A stretch of DNA of 64,000 bases from Pseudomonadota bacterium (GTDB lineage: Bacteria; Bdellovibrionota_B; Oligoflexia; Oligoflexales; RGVZ01), in assembly GCA_041178085.1 (NCBI GenBank), contig JBEGVZ010000119.1, positions 1 through 64,000 of the forward strand. Reading direction: 5' to 3'. The notes under the pieces were generated by a model. It had not been told where the DNA came from. It did not search any database and saw only the letters and a program-made list of their open reading frames with translations. Below, piece after piece: positions 46,740 to 57,242 of the stretch. Within the stretch, counting starts at the first letter, position 1. Every line of letters starts with the position of its first letter. The translations under genes and the position numbers were made by a program.

Positions 46740-47207
46740 TTAGAAGGGGATGTCATCCAAGGTCGGGTCATACGCGCCGCCAGCATTGGGCTGGCTGCCG
46801 CTGATTTCACCGGATCCCGGGCCGCTGGTGGACGGGGCTGTTCCCATCTCGCCGCGCTCACGGGACTGCGATCCCCCGGCTCCGCCAAGGAATTGCACAT
46901 TCTGCGCCACGATTTCCGTTGTGTAGCGCTTCTGACCGGTCTTGTCTTCCCACGAACGGGTCTGAAGCTTGCCCTCGACAAACACCGTCCGTCCCTTGGC
47001 CAGGTATTTCGCACAGTTTTCAGCTTGCTTGTTCCAAACTACGACACGGTGCCACTCTGTCTGTTCCTGACGCTGGCCGTCGGCGCCCGTACGGTAGTCA
47101 GTGGTCGCCACGTTCAAAGTTGCGACGGCAACCTGGTTGGCGGTGTAACGGAGCTCGGGGTCTTGGCCGAGGTTACCGATGATCAGAACACGGTTCAGGG
47201 ATGCCAT
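46740..47207 (-). CDS. ssb: Single-stranded DNA-binding protein
   Basis: LNRVLIIGNLGQDPE, TEWHRVV, C-terminal DDIPF. Confidence 0.98.
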   Translation of the reverse strand: MASLNRVLIIGNLGQDPELRYTANQVAVATLNVATTDYRTGADGQRQEQTEWHRVVVWNKQAENCAKYLAKGRTVFVEGKLQTRSWEDKTGQKRYTTEIVAQNVQFLGGAGGSQSRERGEMGTAPSTSGPGSGEISGSQPNAGGAYDPTLDDIPF

Positions 47208-47349
47208 GGTTGGAACTCCTTCAAGTGCAGCGCCAGCCGATTACAGGGCCGGCAAGCTTTCGACTTCTTGGGATAGCCGCAAAGCTTTGTCCCCGTCAAA
47301 AGCTAAATTTGGGTTTGCTGAAAATGCCATGCCATGACATCTTCGCTCC

Positions 47350-48858
47350 ATGAAACCTCGACTTACGGATACTGCCAGAAGCCGCTTGAAAATCAGCATG
47401 TTCGTTGCAGGTTGCGCTGGTGTAATGGCGGCCCTCACAGCGACCAGCGGATGTCAGCGCGACGAAAGATTCCCCGCACTGGGCGACCGGATCGCCAGCC
47501 CGGTGGCGATTGTCACCGGTCCAGACGAGCAACACTTCTACGTTTTGAACGCCGATTTTGACCGGACTTACAACGCCGGTTCCATCGTGGTCATCGACGC
47601 CGATGGCAACAAAAAAGCAGTCGTGCCAGTTCCGCGCCTTGGCCGAACGCTCTCCGTCTCGGGGACGAGCCTGCTCGTGACCTTCGACTCCGACGGGACA
47701 AGCAGCGGTCCACAAGCGATCCTGTTTGACCTTTCAGACGCCGCAAATCCCGTTGAAGTGAAGCGCATCGACATGCCTTGCAACCCGCTCAACGTCGTAA
47801 TGCGTGACGGCTACAAATACTTTGCCGTTGCCTGCGAGGCCAATGGCGACACGGGTAGTCTGGCCATTGGGATACTTGACGGGGCCAACACAGTGATCAA
47901 CCTGGTCCGCTCTTACGGCACCGCGCGCAGGGCCATGCACATCGACGTGACCAACGAGCTTTTGTTCGCATTCCCAACCGACTTCGGCTTGCAAACGTGG
48001 ATGGACCTCGACATGGACGACGCGGTCAGCTACGGAACCGACGGATCCCAAACCGCACAACCCAATGAAATCCCGGACGAATACGAAAAAACGCGCAGGG
48101 CCCGCTCCAACACTGGGCAGCGCCGGATTTTCCAATTCGTCGTTTACGATCTGAAGGCAGAAGCGCAGGCCAGCCCAGAGGCTTTCCCCTTCCGGCCAGT
48201 GTCCGACAAACAGGTCGAGAGTGAATTCCGCTGGATCTACTTCAACCCCCAGGGCTTTGGCGGGCTACCCGATTCCGACGCTGGCCTGACGTCAACCACT
48301 GCAACCAGGCGTTACTACAGAACAAACTTCTTCAGTGCCGCGCACGATCCTGAAGACGGTGCCGCCTTTTACCTTTCTCATCGCGGGCACGTCGACGCCG
48401 CCACAGGCATCGGCTCGCCACACGCCAACGACGTTTTGCGAGTAAGCCTGACGGGCGATCCGCGCCCAGCAGCTGACGGAACAGTCCCCAAAACTTCGAC
48501 CTACCTTGGCTTTGAGCGGGTTTACGGAAGGGGCAACGAAGACCACGCCCAGGGGCTGCATTATCCGGGTGATATCGCAGTTCGCCGGGTCGCCGGCCAG
48601 AAGATGCTTTTCGTAAATCATTTCAGGGATTTGGTGAACTGGACGCGTTCCCAGGTCTATTTTGCTGTGGCGGCAAAGACCCTTGGCAATGACTACTGGC
48701 ACAGCGAAAAAGGCAGCGCCGACCCCTACGAATCCTACTACCAGATGGCCGTCACGAAGACCGGTCGCATGGCCGCGTGTTCCTTCTACGGCAGCAAGGT
48801 TATTCTGTTTGATGTTCTGCCCGGTGCTGCTATAAATGAGCGATTGAGCATCCAATAA
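47350..48858 (+). CDS. Hypothetical lipoprotein, probable beta-propeller
   Basis: TSGC lipobox; SPVAIVTGPDEQHFYVLNADFD...GSIVVID blade pattern; ends 19 bp before smc. Confidence 0.75.
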   Translation: MKPRLTDTARSRLKISMFVAGCAGVMAALTATSGCQRDERFPALGDRIASPVAIVTGPDEQHFYVLNADFDRTYNAGSIVVIDADGNKKAVVPVPRLGRTLSVSGTSLLVTFDSDGTSSGPQAILFDLSDAANPVEVKRIDMPCNPLNVVMRDGYKYFAVACEANGDTGSLAIGILDGANTVINLVRSYGTARRAMHIDVTNELLFAFPTDFGLQTWMDLDMDDAVSYGTDGSQTAQPNEIPDEYEKTRRARSNTGQRRIFQFVVYDLKAEAQASPEAFPFRPVSDKQVESEFRWIYFNPQGFGGLPDSDAGLTSTTATRRYYRTNFFSAAHDPEDGAAFYLSHRGHVDAATGIGSPHANDVLRVSLTGDPRPAADGTVPKTSTYLGFERVYGRGNEDHAQGLHYPGDIAVRRVAGQKMLFVNHFRDLVNWTRSQVYFAVAAKTLGNDYWHSEKGSADPYESYYQMAVTKTGRMAACSFYGSKVILFDVLPGAAINERLSIQ

Positions 48859-48877
48859 ACGCTTGTGGCAGTGACCT

Positions 48878-51800
48878 ATGCACCTAAAACGAATCACCGT
48901 TCAGGGCTTCAAGTCCTTTGCTGACAAAATCAGCCTGACCTTTGACCGGGGCATCACTGGTGTCGTCGGTCCCAACGGTTCGGGCAAAAGCAACATCATC
49001 GACGCTGTCCGCTGGGTGATGGGCGAACAAAACGCCAAGAACCTTCGTGGTGAAAAGGCAACGGACATCATTTTTGCGGGTTCAGAACGCCGCAAGACCA
49101 TGTCCATGGCAGAGGTTTCGCTGACCTTTGACAACACCGAAGGTGCCAGCATCTGTCCGCCAGAATACCGGCACGAACCTGAAATCACCCTGACGCGCCG
49201 CCTCTACGCGGACGGCCAGCGGGAATACTTGATCAACCGTAAACCCTGTCGTTTAAAAGACATCGTCGGCTTTTTCGCGATGACCGGCCTTGGTGGGCGC
49301 AGCTACTCAATGATCCAGCAGGGTCAAGTCGACCGGATTCTTAACGCAAAGCCGGAAGACGTCCGCGAAATCCTGGAAGAAGCGGCCGGTACGCTGCTCT
49401 ACAAGCAGCGCAAGATCGAAGCGCAAAAGCGCCTGGAAGCCACCAACCTGAACCTTTCGCGCGTGACCGACATCCTGGCTGAAATTGAGCGTCAGAAGAC
49501 CAGCCTCGAGGAACAAGTCGAAAAAGCCCAGAAGTGGCAGGAAATGAGCACAAGGCTGCGGGAAGAAGAACTTCTCCTGTTCGCCCACAACTTCAAGCTG
49601 TTCAAAGACAAGCTCGACGAAGCCCAGGCAGCCCTTGCCGAGCAGACGACCAAGGAAGCGGAATTCCTGGCTGCGGTTTCACAGTACGAGGCCCGTTACG
49701 AGGAACTCCAGCAGATGCTGGCCGAAGCAGACCCTGAGCTGGCTGCCGTGGTCGAGCAGATCTCGTCTGTCCGCGAGGAGATTGCCCGCGCAGAATCTTC
49801 TGTCAGCAATGCACAGACCCGCATGGACACCGGTGCAAACCGCCTGCGCGACATCGGTCGCGAGATCCAGGAAGACGCCGCCAACCTGGCCGTGATTGAG
49901 GCCCAGGTCGAAGGGGCGACTGTGGAACTTTCCACGGCTGAAAAGCTGGCGACGGAACTTCGCCGGCAACTTGAAGACTTCCAGAATGAAGTCGACGCGG
50001 TCGATGAATCTGCCCAGGTCTTCCGCGCGAAGATCGAAGAGGGTGAAGACGAGATCCGCAACCTGACCCGCCTGATCGACACGAACAAAGTGCGTACCGA
50101 ATCGACCCAGCGCGAGATTGCGCGGGTCGAGAAATTGATCGAAGGCGAAAACACGCGGCGACAGAGCCTTAGAGAAGACGTCGCCCAGGCCCTTGCGATC
50201 GTCGAGTCGGCTCAAGGCAAGGCTGCCGGGCAGCAAGAAGGCCTGGACGTCGAAATCCGTGAAAAGCACTCGCGTGAAGCTGCGGTTGCTGCGCGTTACG
50301 CGCAAATGAAAGAAGCCAACACAACCCGCGACACACTGCGCGAGAAGTACCACGAGTCCCGTGCGCGCCTTGCGTCCTTGCAGGAACTTGATGAGCAGGG
50401 GGCGACAGACGCCTCTGCTTCACTCAACAAGCTTTACGAAACCGGCACTGTCGACCGCGCCAACGTCCCGGGGCTTTTTGCTGAGCAAATTGCCTGGAAC
50501 AGTAACTCCCAGGAACTGCCGAAGCCTGCAACGCAGGCCTTTGAACGCTGGGCGGAGCGCATCGTCATCACCGGTGTCGATGGCCTGAACCAGGTCGTAC
50601 GCGCAGCGTCCAAGGCGGAGGTGACTCCACTGCCCGTGACCTTGCTGGCGCGTTCCGTCACGCTCAAGTCAAACAGCCAGTTCGCCAGCCAGGTCGCATC
50701 CTGGGCATCTGCTTATGATGCCGTCCCGATGGGTGAGTTCCTACGGATTGACTCCAAACCTCATGCCAGCGGTGAAGCGAAGAGCGGGCTCGAGGCGCTT
50801 CTCTCCCGTCTTTACTTCGTCCCGGCACTGGCCATGGACCAGGCTACGCTTGGAGAGATGCCAGCCGGCCTGATCGCCTTTACGGCACAAGGGCTTTGCA
50901 TAACCGGTGAAGACGACTTCCTGGTGAGTGGCAAGGGCGGAGCCAGCGTCTTGAGCCGCAAGTCTGAACAAGAATCGCTGGCCAAGGCGCTGAAGCAAAT
51001 CGAAGGGGACCTCGCCCGCGCGCAGTCGCTGATCGATGAGCTGGAACTTAAAATCAACGAAGACCGCGCCGTCGTCACAGAAATCGACGGACGCCTTCAG
51101 CAACAAAATGCGACTGTTCTGGCGATCATGTCGGAACTCCAGTCCGCGCAGCAGGTTGCAACGCACAAGCAGGAGTTGCTTGCTGCACAAGAGCAAACCA
51201 TGGCGGAACTGTCCCGGCAGGACGAGCAGTTCAAGTCGGAACTGGCAAATCTGGAGACCTCGCGCACTTCGCTGGAAGAGGAACTGCGCAACGCCGAAAT
51301 CGAATTGGCAAGCATCCGCGAAGAAGCTTCAGGGCTTGAGGAAAGACGCGAGGAAGTCTTCCGCCAGAACCAGCAGCGCTCTGTCGACCTGGCCAAGTCA
51401 GAGGCCCGGGCCAATGCCCTGCGCGAAAGCTTCACCCATGCACGGGCTCAGCAAGAACTTCTGCAAAACAAGCTGAGCCGCCGTTATGAAGAACAGGCCT
51501 CCCTGCAAGGGGACATCGACGCAGCTAAAAATCTGCTGGAACACTCTCAAAACAGGATCGAGGGACTGATTGCCCAGCGCGCTGAGCTGGACGAGAAAGT
51601 CGCGGAAAAACGCGAAGCTCAAGCCGGCATCCATGAAGAACTGCGAGTGATCGACTCGCGCCTCAAAGAGTGCCGTGACCACCAGGCCAAGGTGCAAAAG
51701 AGCCTGTCGGACAAGAACGTCCAGATCGAACGTGCAACCATGGCCATCTCGAGCGTGACGGCCCAGGCCCAGGAGAAATACCAGCTCGACATCGCAACCT

Positions 51801-52696
51801 ACGAATTCACCTTTGACCCTGAATTTGAAGCAGACAAAACTGCGCGCAGCGTCGGCAGCTTGCGTGGTCGCATTGAATCCCTTGGCCCGATCAACATGAT
51901 GGCCCTGCAGGAGTTCGAAGAGCTGACCACACGCGAGAACTTCATCCGCACGCAACAGGATGAGATCAACTCCAGCATCATGCTTCTCAATGAGGCCATT
52001 GGAGAGATCGAAGTTTCCTCGAAAGACAAGTTCCTGGCGACGTTCCACATCATCAACCGCGAATTTGGCCAGCTGTTCCCGATCCTTTTCCCGAACGGGG
52101 AAGGGCACCTGGAACTGACCAACCCGGAAGATCCGCTTGGTGGTGGCGTCGAGATAATGGTCCGCCTGCCTGGCAAAAAGCAGCAGAGCATGAACCTGTT
52201 CTCGGGTGGAGAAAAAGCCCTGACGGCGATCTCACTGATCTTTGCATTGCTTAAGACCAAGCCGACACCGTTCTGCTTCCTTGACGAAGTTGATGCGCCG
52301 CTCGACGAAGCCAACGTCGGCCGCTACAACCGTGTCCTCGATGCGCTTTCGGACCAGTTCCAGTTCATCATCATTACCCACAACCGCCGCACGATGGAGG
52401 TCCTTGACACCCTCTACGGCGTGACGATGCAAGAGCCAGGCGTCTCCAGCATCGTTGGCGTGGACATGAAGAAGGACTTGCCACCTCACTTGCGCAAGGC
52501 GTTCAAGGAAGAGGGTTCAAAGGAGGCCGTCAAGCCGGCTGCTTCGGCGGCTCCGACGACGAGGATCTCTGGCGCCACGGCAGTGGACGAGGGCGAATCC
52601 AGACCAGCTTTGTCGACGGAACCTGTGGAACTTGCCCCGGACTTTGACACGGACATCCCCGTGCCGGTCGAGGCACTGCAGGGCAAACTTGAATAA
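48878..52696 (+). CDS. smc: Chromosome segregation protein SMC
   Basis: GFKSF, GPNGSGKSN, IQQG, long coiled coils, FSGGEKA, LDEVDAPLD, ITHN. Confidence 0.97.
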   Translation: MHLKRITVQGFKSFADKISLTFDRGITGVVGPNGSGKSNIIDAVRWVMGEQNAKNLRGEKATDIIFAGSERRKTMSMAEVSLTFDNTEGASICPPEYRHEPEITLTRRLYADGQREYLINRKPCRLKDIVGFFAMTGLGGRSYSMIQQGQVDRILNAKPEDVREILEEAAGTLLYKQRKIEAQKRLEATNLNLSRVTDILAEIERQKTSLEEQVEKAQKWQEMSTRLREEELLLFAHNFKLFKDKLDEAQAALAEQTTKEAEFLAAVSQYEARYEELQQMLAEADPELAAVVEQISSVREEIARAESSVSNAQTRMDTGANRLRDIGREIQEDAANLAVIEAQVEGATVELSTAEKLATELRRQLEDFQNEVDAVDESAQVFRAKIEEGEDEIRNLTRLIDTNKVRTESTQREIARVEKLIEGENTRRQSLREDVAQALAIVESAQGKAAGQQEGLDVEIREKHSREAAVAARYAQMKEANTTRDTLREKYHESRARLASLQELDEQGATDASASLNKLYETGTVDRANVPGLFAEQIAWNSNSQELPKPATQAFERWAERIVITGVDGLNQVVRAASKAEVTPLPVTLLARSVTLKSNSQFASQVASWASAYDAVPMGEFLRIDSKPHASGEAKSGLEALLSRLYFVPALAMDQATLGEMPAGLIAFTAQGLCITGEDDFLVSGKGGASVLSRKSEQESLAKALKQIEGDLARAQSLIDELELKINEDRAVVTEIDGRLQQQNATVLAIMSELQSAQQVATHKQELLAAQEQTMAELSRQDEQFKSELANLETSRTSLEEELRNAEIELASIREEASGLEERREEVFRQNQQRSVDLAKSEARANALRESFTHARAQQELLQNKLSRRYEEQASLQGDIDAAKNLLEHSQNRIEGLIAQRAELDEKVAEKREAQAGIHEELRVIDSRLKECRDHQAKVQKSLSDKNVQIERATMAISSVTAQAQEKYQLDIATYEFTFDPEFEADKTARSVGSLRGRIESLGPINMMALQEFEELTTRENFIRTQQDEINSSIMLLNEAIGEIEVSSKDKFLATFHIINREFGQLFPILFPNGEGHLELTNPEDPLGGGVEIMVRLPGKKQQSMNLFSGGEKALTAISLIFALLKTKPTPFCFLDEVDAPLDEANVGRYNRVLDALSDQFQFIIITHNRRTMEVLDTLYGVTMQEPGVSSIVGVDMKKDLPPHLRKAFKEEGSKEAVKPAASAAPTTRISGATAVDEGESRPALSTEPVELAPDFDTDIPVPVEALQGKLE

Positions 52697-52983
52697 AAAG
52701 CATTGCTAATCATTTCGCTCGCGCAATGATCTTTGCGTCATGGACGTAGGGAACGTTAACAGTCAGCGTCAACGTCTCCATGGAAACGTCATAGGTGTAT
52801 TGATCCGGGCCAAGGACAGATTCTTTTCCGTCGGCAGCTATCAGGAGCTGGTATTCGTCGGTTATATACTTGGCAGGGACCTGATGGGAGCGGAACAGCT
52901 TCTTTGACGCAAACCCCTGCAACCACGCCAAACCCTTTGAATAGTCGGCCTCACACACTGAGGACCTGAAATCCGCTGCGCTG
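52350..52983 (+). repeat. 634-bp direct repeat, left copy (smc 3' end plus 3' end of the vWA lipoprotein gene)
   Basis: Ungapped match to 59778-60411 at constant offset 7428; about 22 mismatches by manual count. Confidence 0.95.
52710..52983 (-). pseudogene. 3' fragment of the vWA lipoprotein gene at 60138-61985
   Basis: SAAD.RSSVCEADYSKGLAWLQGFASKKLFRS...AKIIARAK is near-identical to that protein's C-terminus; homology stops at 52983. Confidence 0.92.
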
Positions 52984-53096
52984 GCGAGTACACTCACCCT
53001 GGCCTGGTTATCCCGAGGAATTCGTTGCATGGTCGGGTGGCTGTATTAGAAAACGAGTACACTACAATCCAATCACCGGATGTGCAAAAACCAGAT

Positions 53097-53762
53097 CTAT
53101 TGGCATCGCGCTTCAATCATACAACCGTCCTCGTCTGGGGAAACCGAATTAATGAGGCAGCGGCGATCGCTGATCGCAATCTCATCGTCCACTTTGTAGG
53201 CGCCACAACCGCCCGGGACCACCAAATACTGAATCGAAGCGTAGGGCGTCGGACCCTCCAGCGTTAAAGGGCACCGGATGATACCGACGGTCCACTCAGT
53301 CTGCTGCGTTCCCGGTGGTGAAAGGCGCTGACAATTTGAACCATGAGATTGTCCCAAAAGAAAACGATTGGCATTGTAATAGCAACATGTCTCGGTTGTA
53401 CCGTCGGTTTCTGGAACTGGTTCCCCTGGGTCGCAAAACCCGTTGACTGCGTTGATATTGTACTGATCTCGGGGGTAGATCGTACTCAGTAACCCACAAT
53501 CGCGCGGATTCTCGACAGGCAACGATAACTCAATTCTCATGGAGCCCTTTAAGCGGACACAGCAATACATATTTTCTGGCGGACCATCTGACGTTGGCTC
53601 TGGCGTACCTTGCTCAAGCAGGGACAACCGGGAATTCTCGCCCGTAGGATATTCGTTGACCTTCGTCCGTCGATCCAATGCCTCATCCACTGTGCAACCA
53701 TATATCAAACAGACACCCATAGTCCCGATCGCAAATCGGCTAACGAATCTAGAAATGGTCAC
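53097..53762 (-). CDS. Cys-rich hypothetical lipoprotein
   Basis: GTG with GGAGG RBS; LIYGC lipobox; two CC-C-C modules plus further Cys. Confidence 0.75.
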   Translation of the reverse strand: MTISRFVSRFAIGTMGVCLIYGCTVDEALDRRTKVNEYPTGENSRLSLLEQGTPEPTSDGPPENMYCCVRLKGSMRIELSLPVENPRDCGLLSTIYPRDQYNINAVNGFCDPGEPVPETDGTTETCCYYNANRFLLGQSHGSNCQRLSPPGTQQTEWTVGIIRCPLTLEGPTPYASIQYLVVPGGCGAYKVDDEIAISDRRCLINSVSPDEDGCMIEARCQ

Positions 53763-53915
53763 TTAACACCTCCAGAATAACCGAAATATTCAAATGCCAC
53801 CCGACGCGGATAACTAAGCCTAGGTCAGAAGCGCGACCATGCATCATGATTGCATGTTACCTGTCGACCCAACAGCTCTGGGACCAAAAGTCATCCAAAC
53901 ACGGCAGAGTCCTTT

Positions 53916-54260
53916 TCAATCTCCAATCGTCTGAAGGGGACCACTAACTGGGTCAGCTGTCGAAAAGTCAGACGCCAATCCACGCGTATCCGTAAAATTG
54001 CAAGCTGGCGAGGGAAGGTTGGGCGCGGTTGAACCAAGCAAGTGGCATTCCAGCGTCTGGTGACAATGCCCATTAGTAAAAATTTGAAACATCACCTTAC
54101 AGCTCTCTCTCTGGCCCGTCTCGGTGCATCTTTCAAAAATTTGATACAATCTCTCTCGGCACGGGCCGAGATAAGACGTCGGCCCTGACGCAAAACCAAG
54201 GTCCACGATCGACGCAAGTAACGTACATAGAACAAATGCAAAAACCACGAATCTCACCAC
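53916..54260 (-). CDS. Small Cys-rich secreted hypothetical protein
   Basis: GAGGGAGG RBS, hydrophobic signal, six Cys in the mature region; may be prematurely stopped. Confidence 0.55.
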   Translation of the reverse strand: MVRFVVFAFVLCTLLASIVDLGFASGPTSYLGPCRERLYQIFERCTETGQRESCKVMFQIFTNGHCHQTLECHLLGSTAPNLPSPACNFTDTRGLASDFSTADPVSGPLQTIGD

Positions 54261-54540
54261 GTTTGCCCTCCCTCGCGTCGTTAAAACAATAATCTCGGGC
54301 TGACCGTACGGTTACTGGGACCCCAGAGTCCAAAACGTCTTTCCACTCTGACGTCAGCGGTCGGCAAAGCAAAAAACTTAATAAGGCTTTTTCAGTGACA
54401 CTAAATCTCGCGCCATTCCCGGATGTTATCGTGTTCGCCCATTACACTTTATCAAGTGTAGTACGGTCTCCTGTTTGCTGAGGTTTACACGCGGGTGCCA
54501 TCGACCTGGTGGTTGAGCGCTATTTAGTCGCCCGGGATTT

Positions 54541-54702
54541 GTAGGAAATTGAAGCGCGGTTTGGATTCTATGGAACCCACCCTACGCCCCCGCCAATTTC
54601 GTTGGCCCATCCGTTACGCACCGGTATTTCGGGCTTCCCTAGCTATCCAACACCGCCATCATTCGACCAATCCCTGAGCGTCCCCATTTTTTAGTAAACA
54701 CT
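54541..54702 (-). mobile_element. IS91/ISCR-like terminal remnant 1 (oriIS-like end)
   Basis: GTAGGAAATTGAAGCGC at 54541-54557 resembles the ISCR oriIS pattern TAGGAA.TT.AA.CGC; 54616-54702 is nearly identical to 56868-56953. Confidence 0.6.
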
Positions 54703-55014
54703 CGGTGTCTCCATGCTTAATTGATTCTCGACATACGGCGATCACCTAGCTCCTCACACATCAAAATCCCAGAAGCCGTACCCCCCGTATTGTCTCATCG
54801 GACCATTGCACAGGGTTCACTCTTCTCTGGAGCTATCTAAGATCGATGAATTTTTGATGAATCCAGAAAATATTATCAGATTCCCTAAAGTTGGCATGGA
54901 CTCATACCGAATGATTGACCGGATAACAAACGAAGAGGCCTCAAAGAGCAATTGAATGGAAAATTTTTGGTTGAGACCGAGAGCAAGGGTTTCGCAGAAA
55001 CGGAGGGTCAAGTT

Positions 55015-56508
55015 ATGACTCAAAAAATCCGACTGCTCGTCGCGTTGCTTGTCATCTCTGCGTGCGATGCAGATTCAGGGATGACCGGACGCAGCGCCCA
55101 GCCGTCTAGGGTAACAGGGAATCCAACAACGGGTGCTCTTTGGATTGTTGACGGCGAGGAAATCAAAACCGTGGACGATGGCGTTGGGGCTTTGATCAAA
55201 TTTTATGACCCAGCCCCCCAGCCACTAAACACCATGCCGCCCCGAAATCAGCCTATGACGCCGCCAAATAAGTCCATTCTGACCGTCTGCTCGTCTTCGG
55301 AAATTCCCGGGAGAATTAAAGAAAATGGACGCTGCCTTTTGACAGCAGCCCATTGCGTCCAGGAGGAGTGGGGAACTCTCACAAGAGATTTTTTTTATCG
55401 GCAACATTACTACGCCAGGTTCATCGACGGTAAGGGCGACAACCTGGACGAGATTCAAAAGGGTCATGTCAACCGCTCAATCCGAGTCAAGCCTCACCCT
55501 TATTACCGCTTGTCCGTGCAGCAAGTCACATCCGAACCTTATTCCAACATGGACCTGGCATTGGTTTGGCAACGTCCGTATGCATGCAAGCTGGAAAAAG
55601 GTCGCGATTGGGGACACAAATGTGAAGAGAAGGATCCCAATGCAGTCAAAATTCAATGGCACCCTCTTGTGCTCGCATTTGACCGTACAAAGGAAGGACA
55701 ATTGCTGGATCATGTCGGCTACGGCAGATCCAGAATAGATGACGATGATTTCAGCACATCAGGCATTAAGAGACGCGGGCAAACAATTTTGAAAGACGTT
55801 TATGAATCCGACGTAGGTTTGGGAGCTTTCTATATTTATGGAACAATCGAAGGAAAGTCACAAATAGTCGAGAAAGGCGACAGCGGTAGTCCGATTTTAG
55901 TCAATCGGAAAGTTGTTGGTGTAGTAAGTGCGCGACATGAGGCGGGAGAGCGAGGTACCGCCCTCTTTCCGTTTCTCAACCATCAATTCGTAGCAAACGA
56001 ACGAGTATTCGAGCCGGCAAATCAGAAATGGCATTGGGGTGAAGCGGCTAAATTCTGTCGCCCAAAACCCCTCTTATCTTTGGATGTTCAGGTCTTTGCA
56101 GAGGGTTCAGATTCTGCGCAAGTCGTAACCGATTTCAATCGCGGCAACATCGACGTCGAAATTATCGACCCTGTTGAGGAATACGAGAAACGTGCCGGCA
56201 CCTGTGACAAGACCGAGGAGCCAACACAACTATGTTTAGTCGATTCTGTCGTTGAGGAAATCACACTAAAAGCAAAGCCGAAGAATAACTTCCGCTTCAT
56301 ACGGTGGGTATCCAGAATCCCCGGCGCAGAATTATGCCCCTGTGGGAATAGCACATCGACCGAGTGTCGAATCAACACCAACAACATCTCATGGAGGCAA
56401 GAGAACGAAGGGATTCAGTGCGCTGCACAGTTTGATATTGCATCTAGTCCACCGGGATCATGCGATATCCCGTCGCTTTCTGGCACGAGATGCGGTCTCC
56501 AAGACTGA
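55015..56508 (+). CDS. Trypsin-like (S1) serine protease lipoprotein with Cys-rich C-terminal domain
   Basis: GGAGG RBS before ATG 55015; ISAC lipobox; LTAAHC, MDLAL, GDSGSP triad motifs. Confidence 0.9.
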   Translation: MTQKIRLLVALLVISACDADSGMTGRSAQPSRVTGNPTTGALWIVDGEEIKTVDDGVGALIKFYDPAPQPLNTMPPRNQPMTPPNKSILTVCSSSEIPGRIKENGRCLLTAAHCVQEEWGTLTRDFFYRQHYYARFIDGKGDNLDEIQKGHVNRSIRVKPHPYYRLSVQQVTSEPYSNMDLALVWQRPYACKLEKGRDWGHKCEEKDPNAVKIQWHPLVLAFDRTKEGQLLDHVGYGRSRIDDDDFSTSGIKRRGQTILKDVYESDVGLGAFYIYGTIEGKSQIVEKGDSGSPILVNRKVVGVVSARHEAGERGTALFPFLNHQFVANERVFEPANQKWHWGEAAKFCRPKPLLSLDVQVFAEGSDSAQVVTDFNRGNIDVEIIDPVEEYEKRAGTCDKTEEPTQLCLVDSVVEEITLKAKPKNNFRFIRWVSRIPGAELCPCGNSTSTECRINTNNISWRQENEGIQCAAQFDIASSPPGSCDIPSLSGTRCGLQD

Positions 56509-56837
56509 CATCTCGTTTTTTGACCTTTGCGTTATAAACGGGATTGTAGAATTAACGAAGCACCTTGAGACCAGCTCGCGGCAATCTTCCAGGATCATGA
56601 AGGGAGAAGCTAACGGGACTTTAACAAAACTCCCTGAGGTTGCTATCATTGTAGTTAAGAGGCCGAGAGTTGTCTTTGAGGAGTTTAACCCTAAGAACAA
56701 GGTGAAAACTCGGTAGCAGTCGCCAGAGGCGGCGATTAAGTTTATATAAATCAAAAAACCAAAAATTTTCCTTCGCCATTCCCGGATATTCGCCGTCACT
56801 CCAAGACGAGATGCGTCATCGTCTCCCGCGGCCGATT

Positions 56838-57242
56838 GCAGAAAATCAAAGCGCGGCTTGGGTTCTAACGCACCGGTATTTCGGGCTTCCCCAGCTATCC
56901 AACACCGCCATCATTCGACCAATCCCTGAGCGTCCCCATTTTTCGTAAACACTGCCTCACCGGCACCATTTTTCAGAGCGCATACCGCCACCAATTGAGC
57001 AGAGAAATATTCCCAGCCTGGCGACGGCGTCTGATCCGTGCTGGCATCGACTGCAGGATCAGCGTCAAGCCCCATCAACATGGGCTTATAGTAAGACGAG
57101 GCGCATGCGGGGGATCACTGGCAAGTCCGACGTGACGCAGGTAGCGCCGCGCCTCATTCAGGTGGCAGATTGCCGCTACGACGCACAGTTCTCCGCCGCA
57201 AGTGCAGCGGGTGATGTCGATGTTAAAAACACGGGATAAAAG
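56838..57242 (-). mobile_element. IS91/ISCR-like remnant 2: transposase C-terminal fragment plus degenerate oriIS-like end
   Basis: LLSRVFNIDITRCTCGGELCVVAAI...YLRHVGLASDPP matches the IS91-family C-terminal pattern; downstream DNA is shared with remnant 1. Confidence 0.75.

Noticed and set aside
52984..53030. N-terminal extension making 52710-53030 a functional small gene
   Set aside because: The first ~15 codons come from unrelated island DNA fused to the duplicated fragment; no clear RBS.
56342..56799. ORFs 56342-56716 (+) and 56458-56799 (-)
   Set aside because: They overlap the protease 3' end and lack an RBS or motif; possibly a decayed gene fragment, but not supportable.
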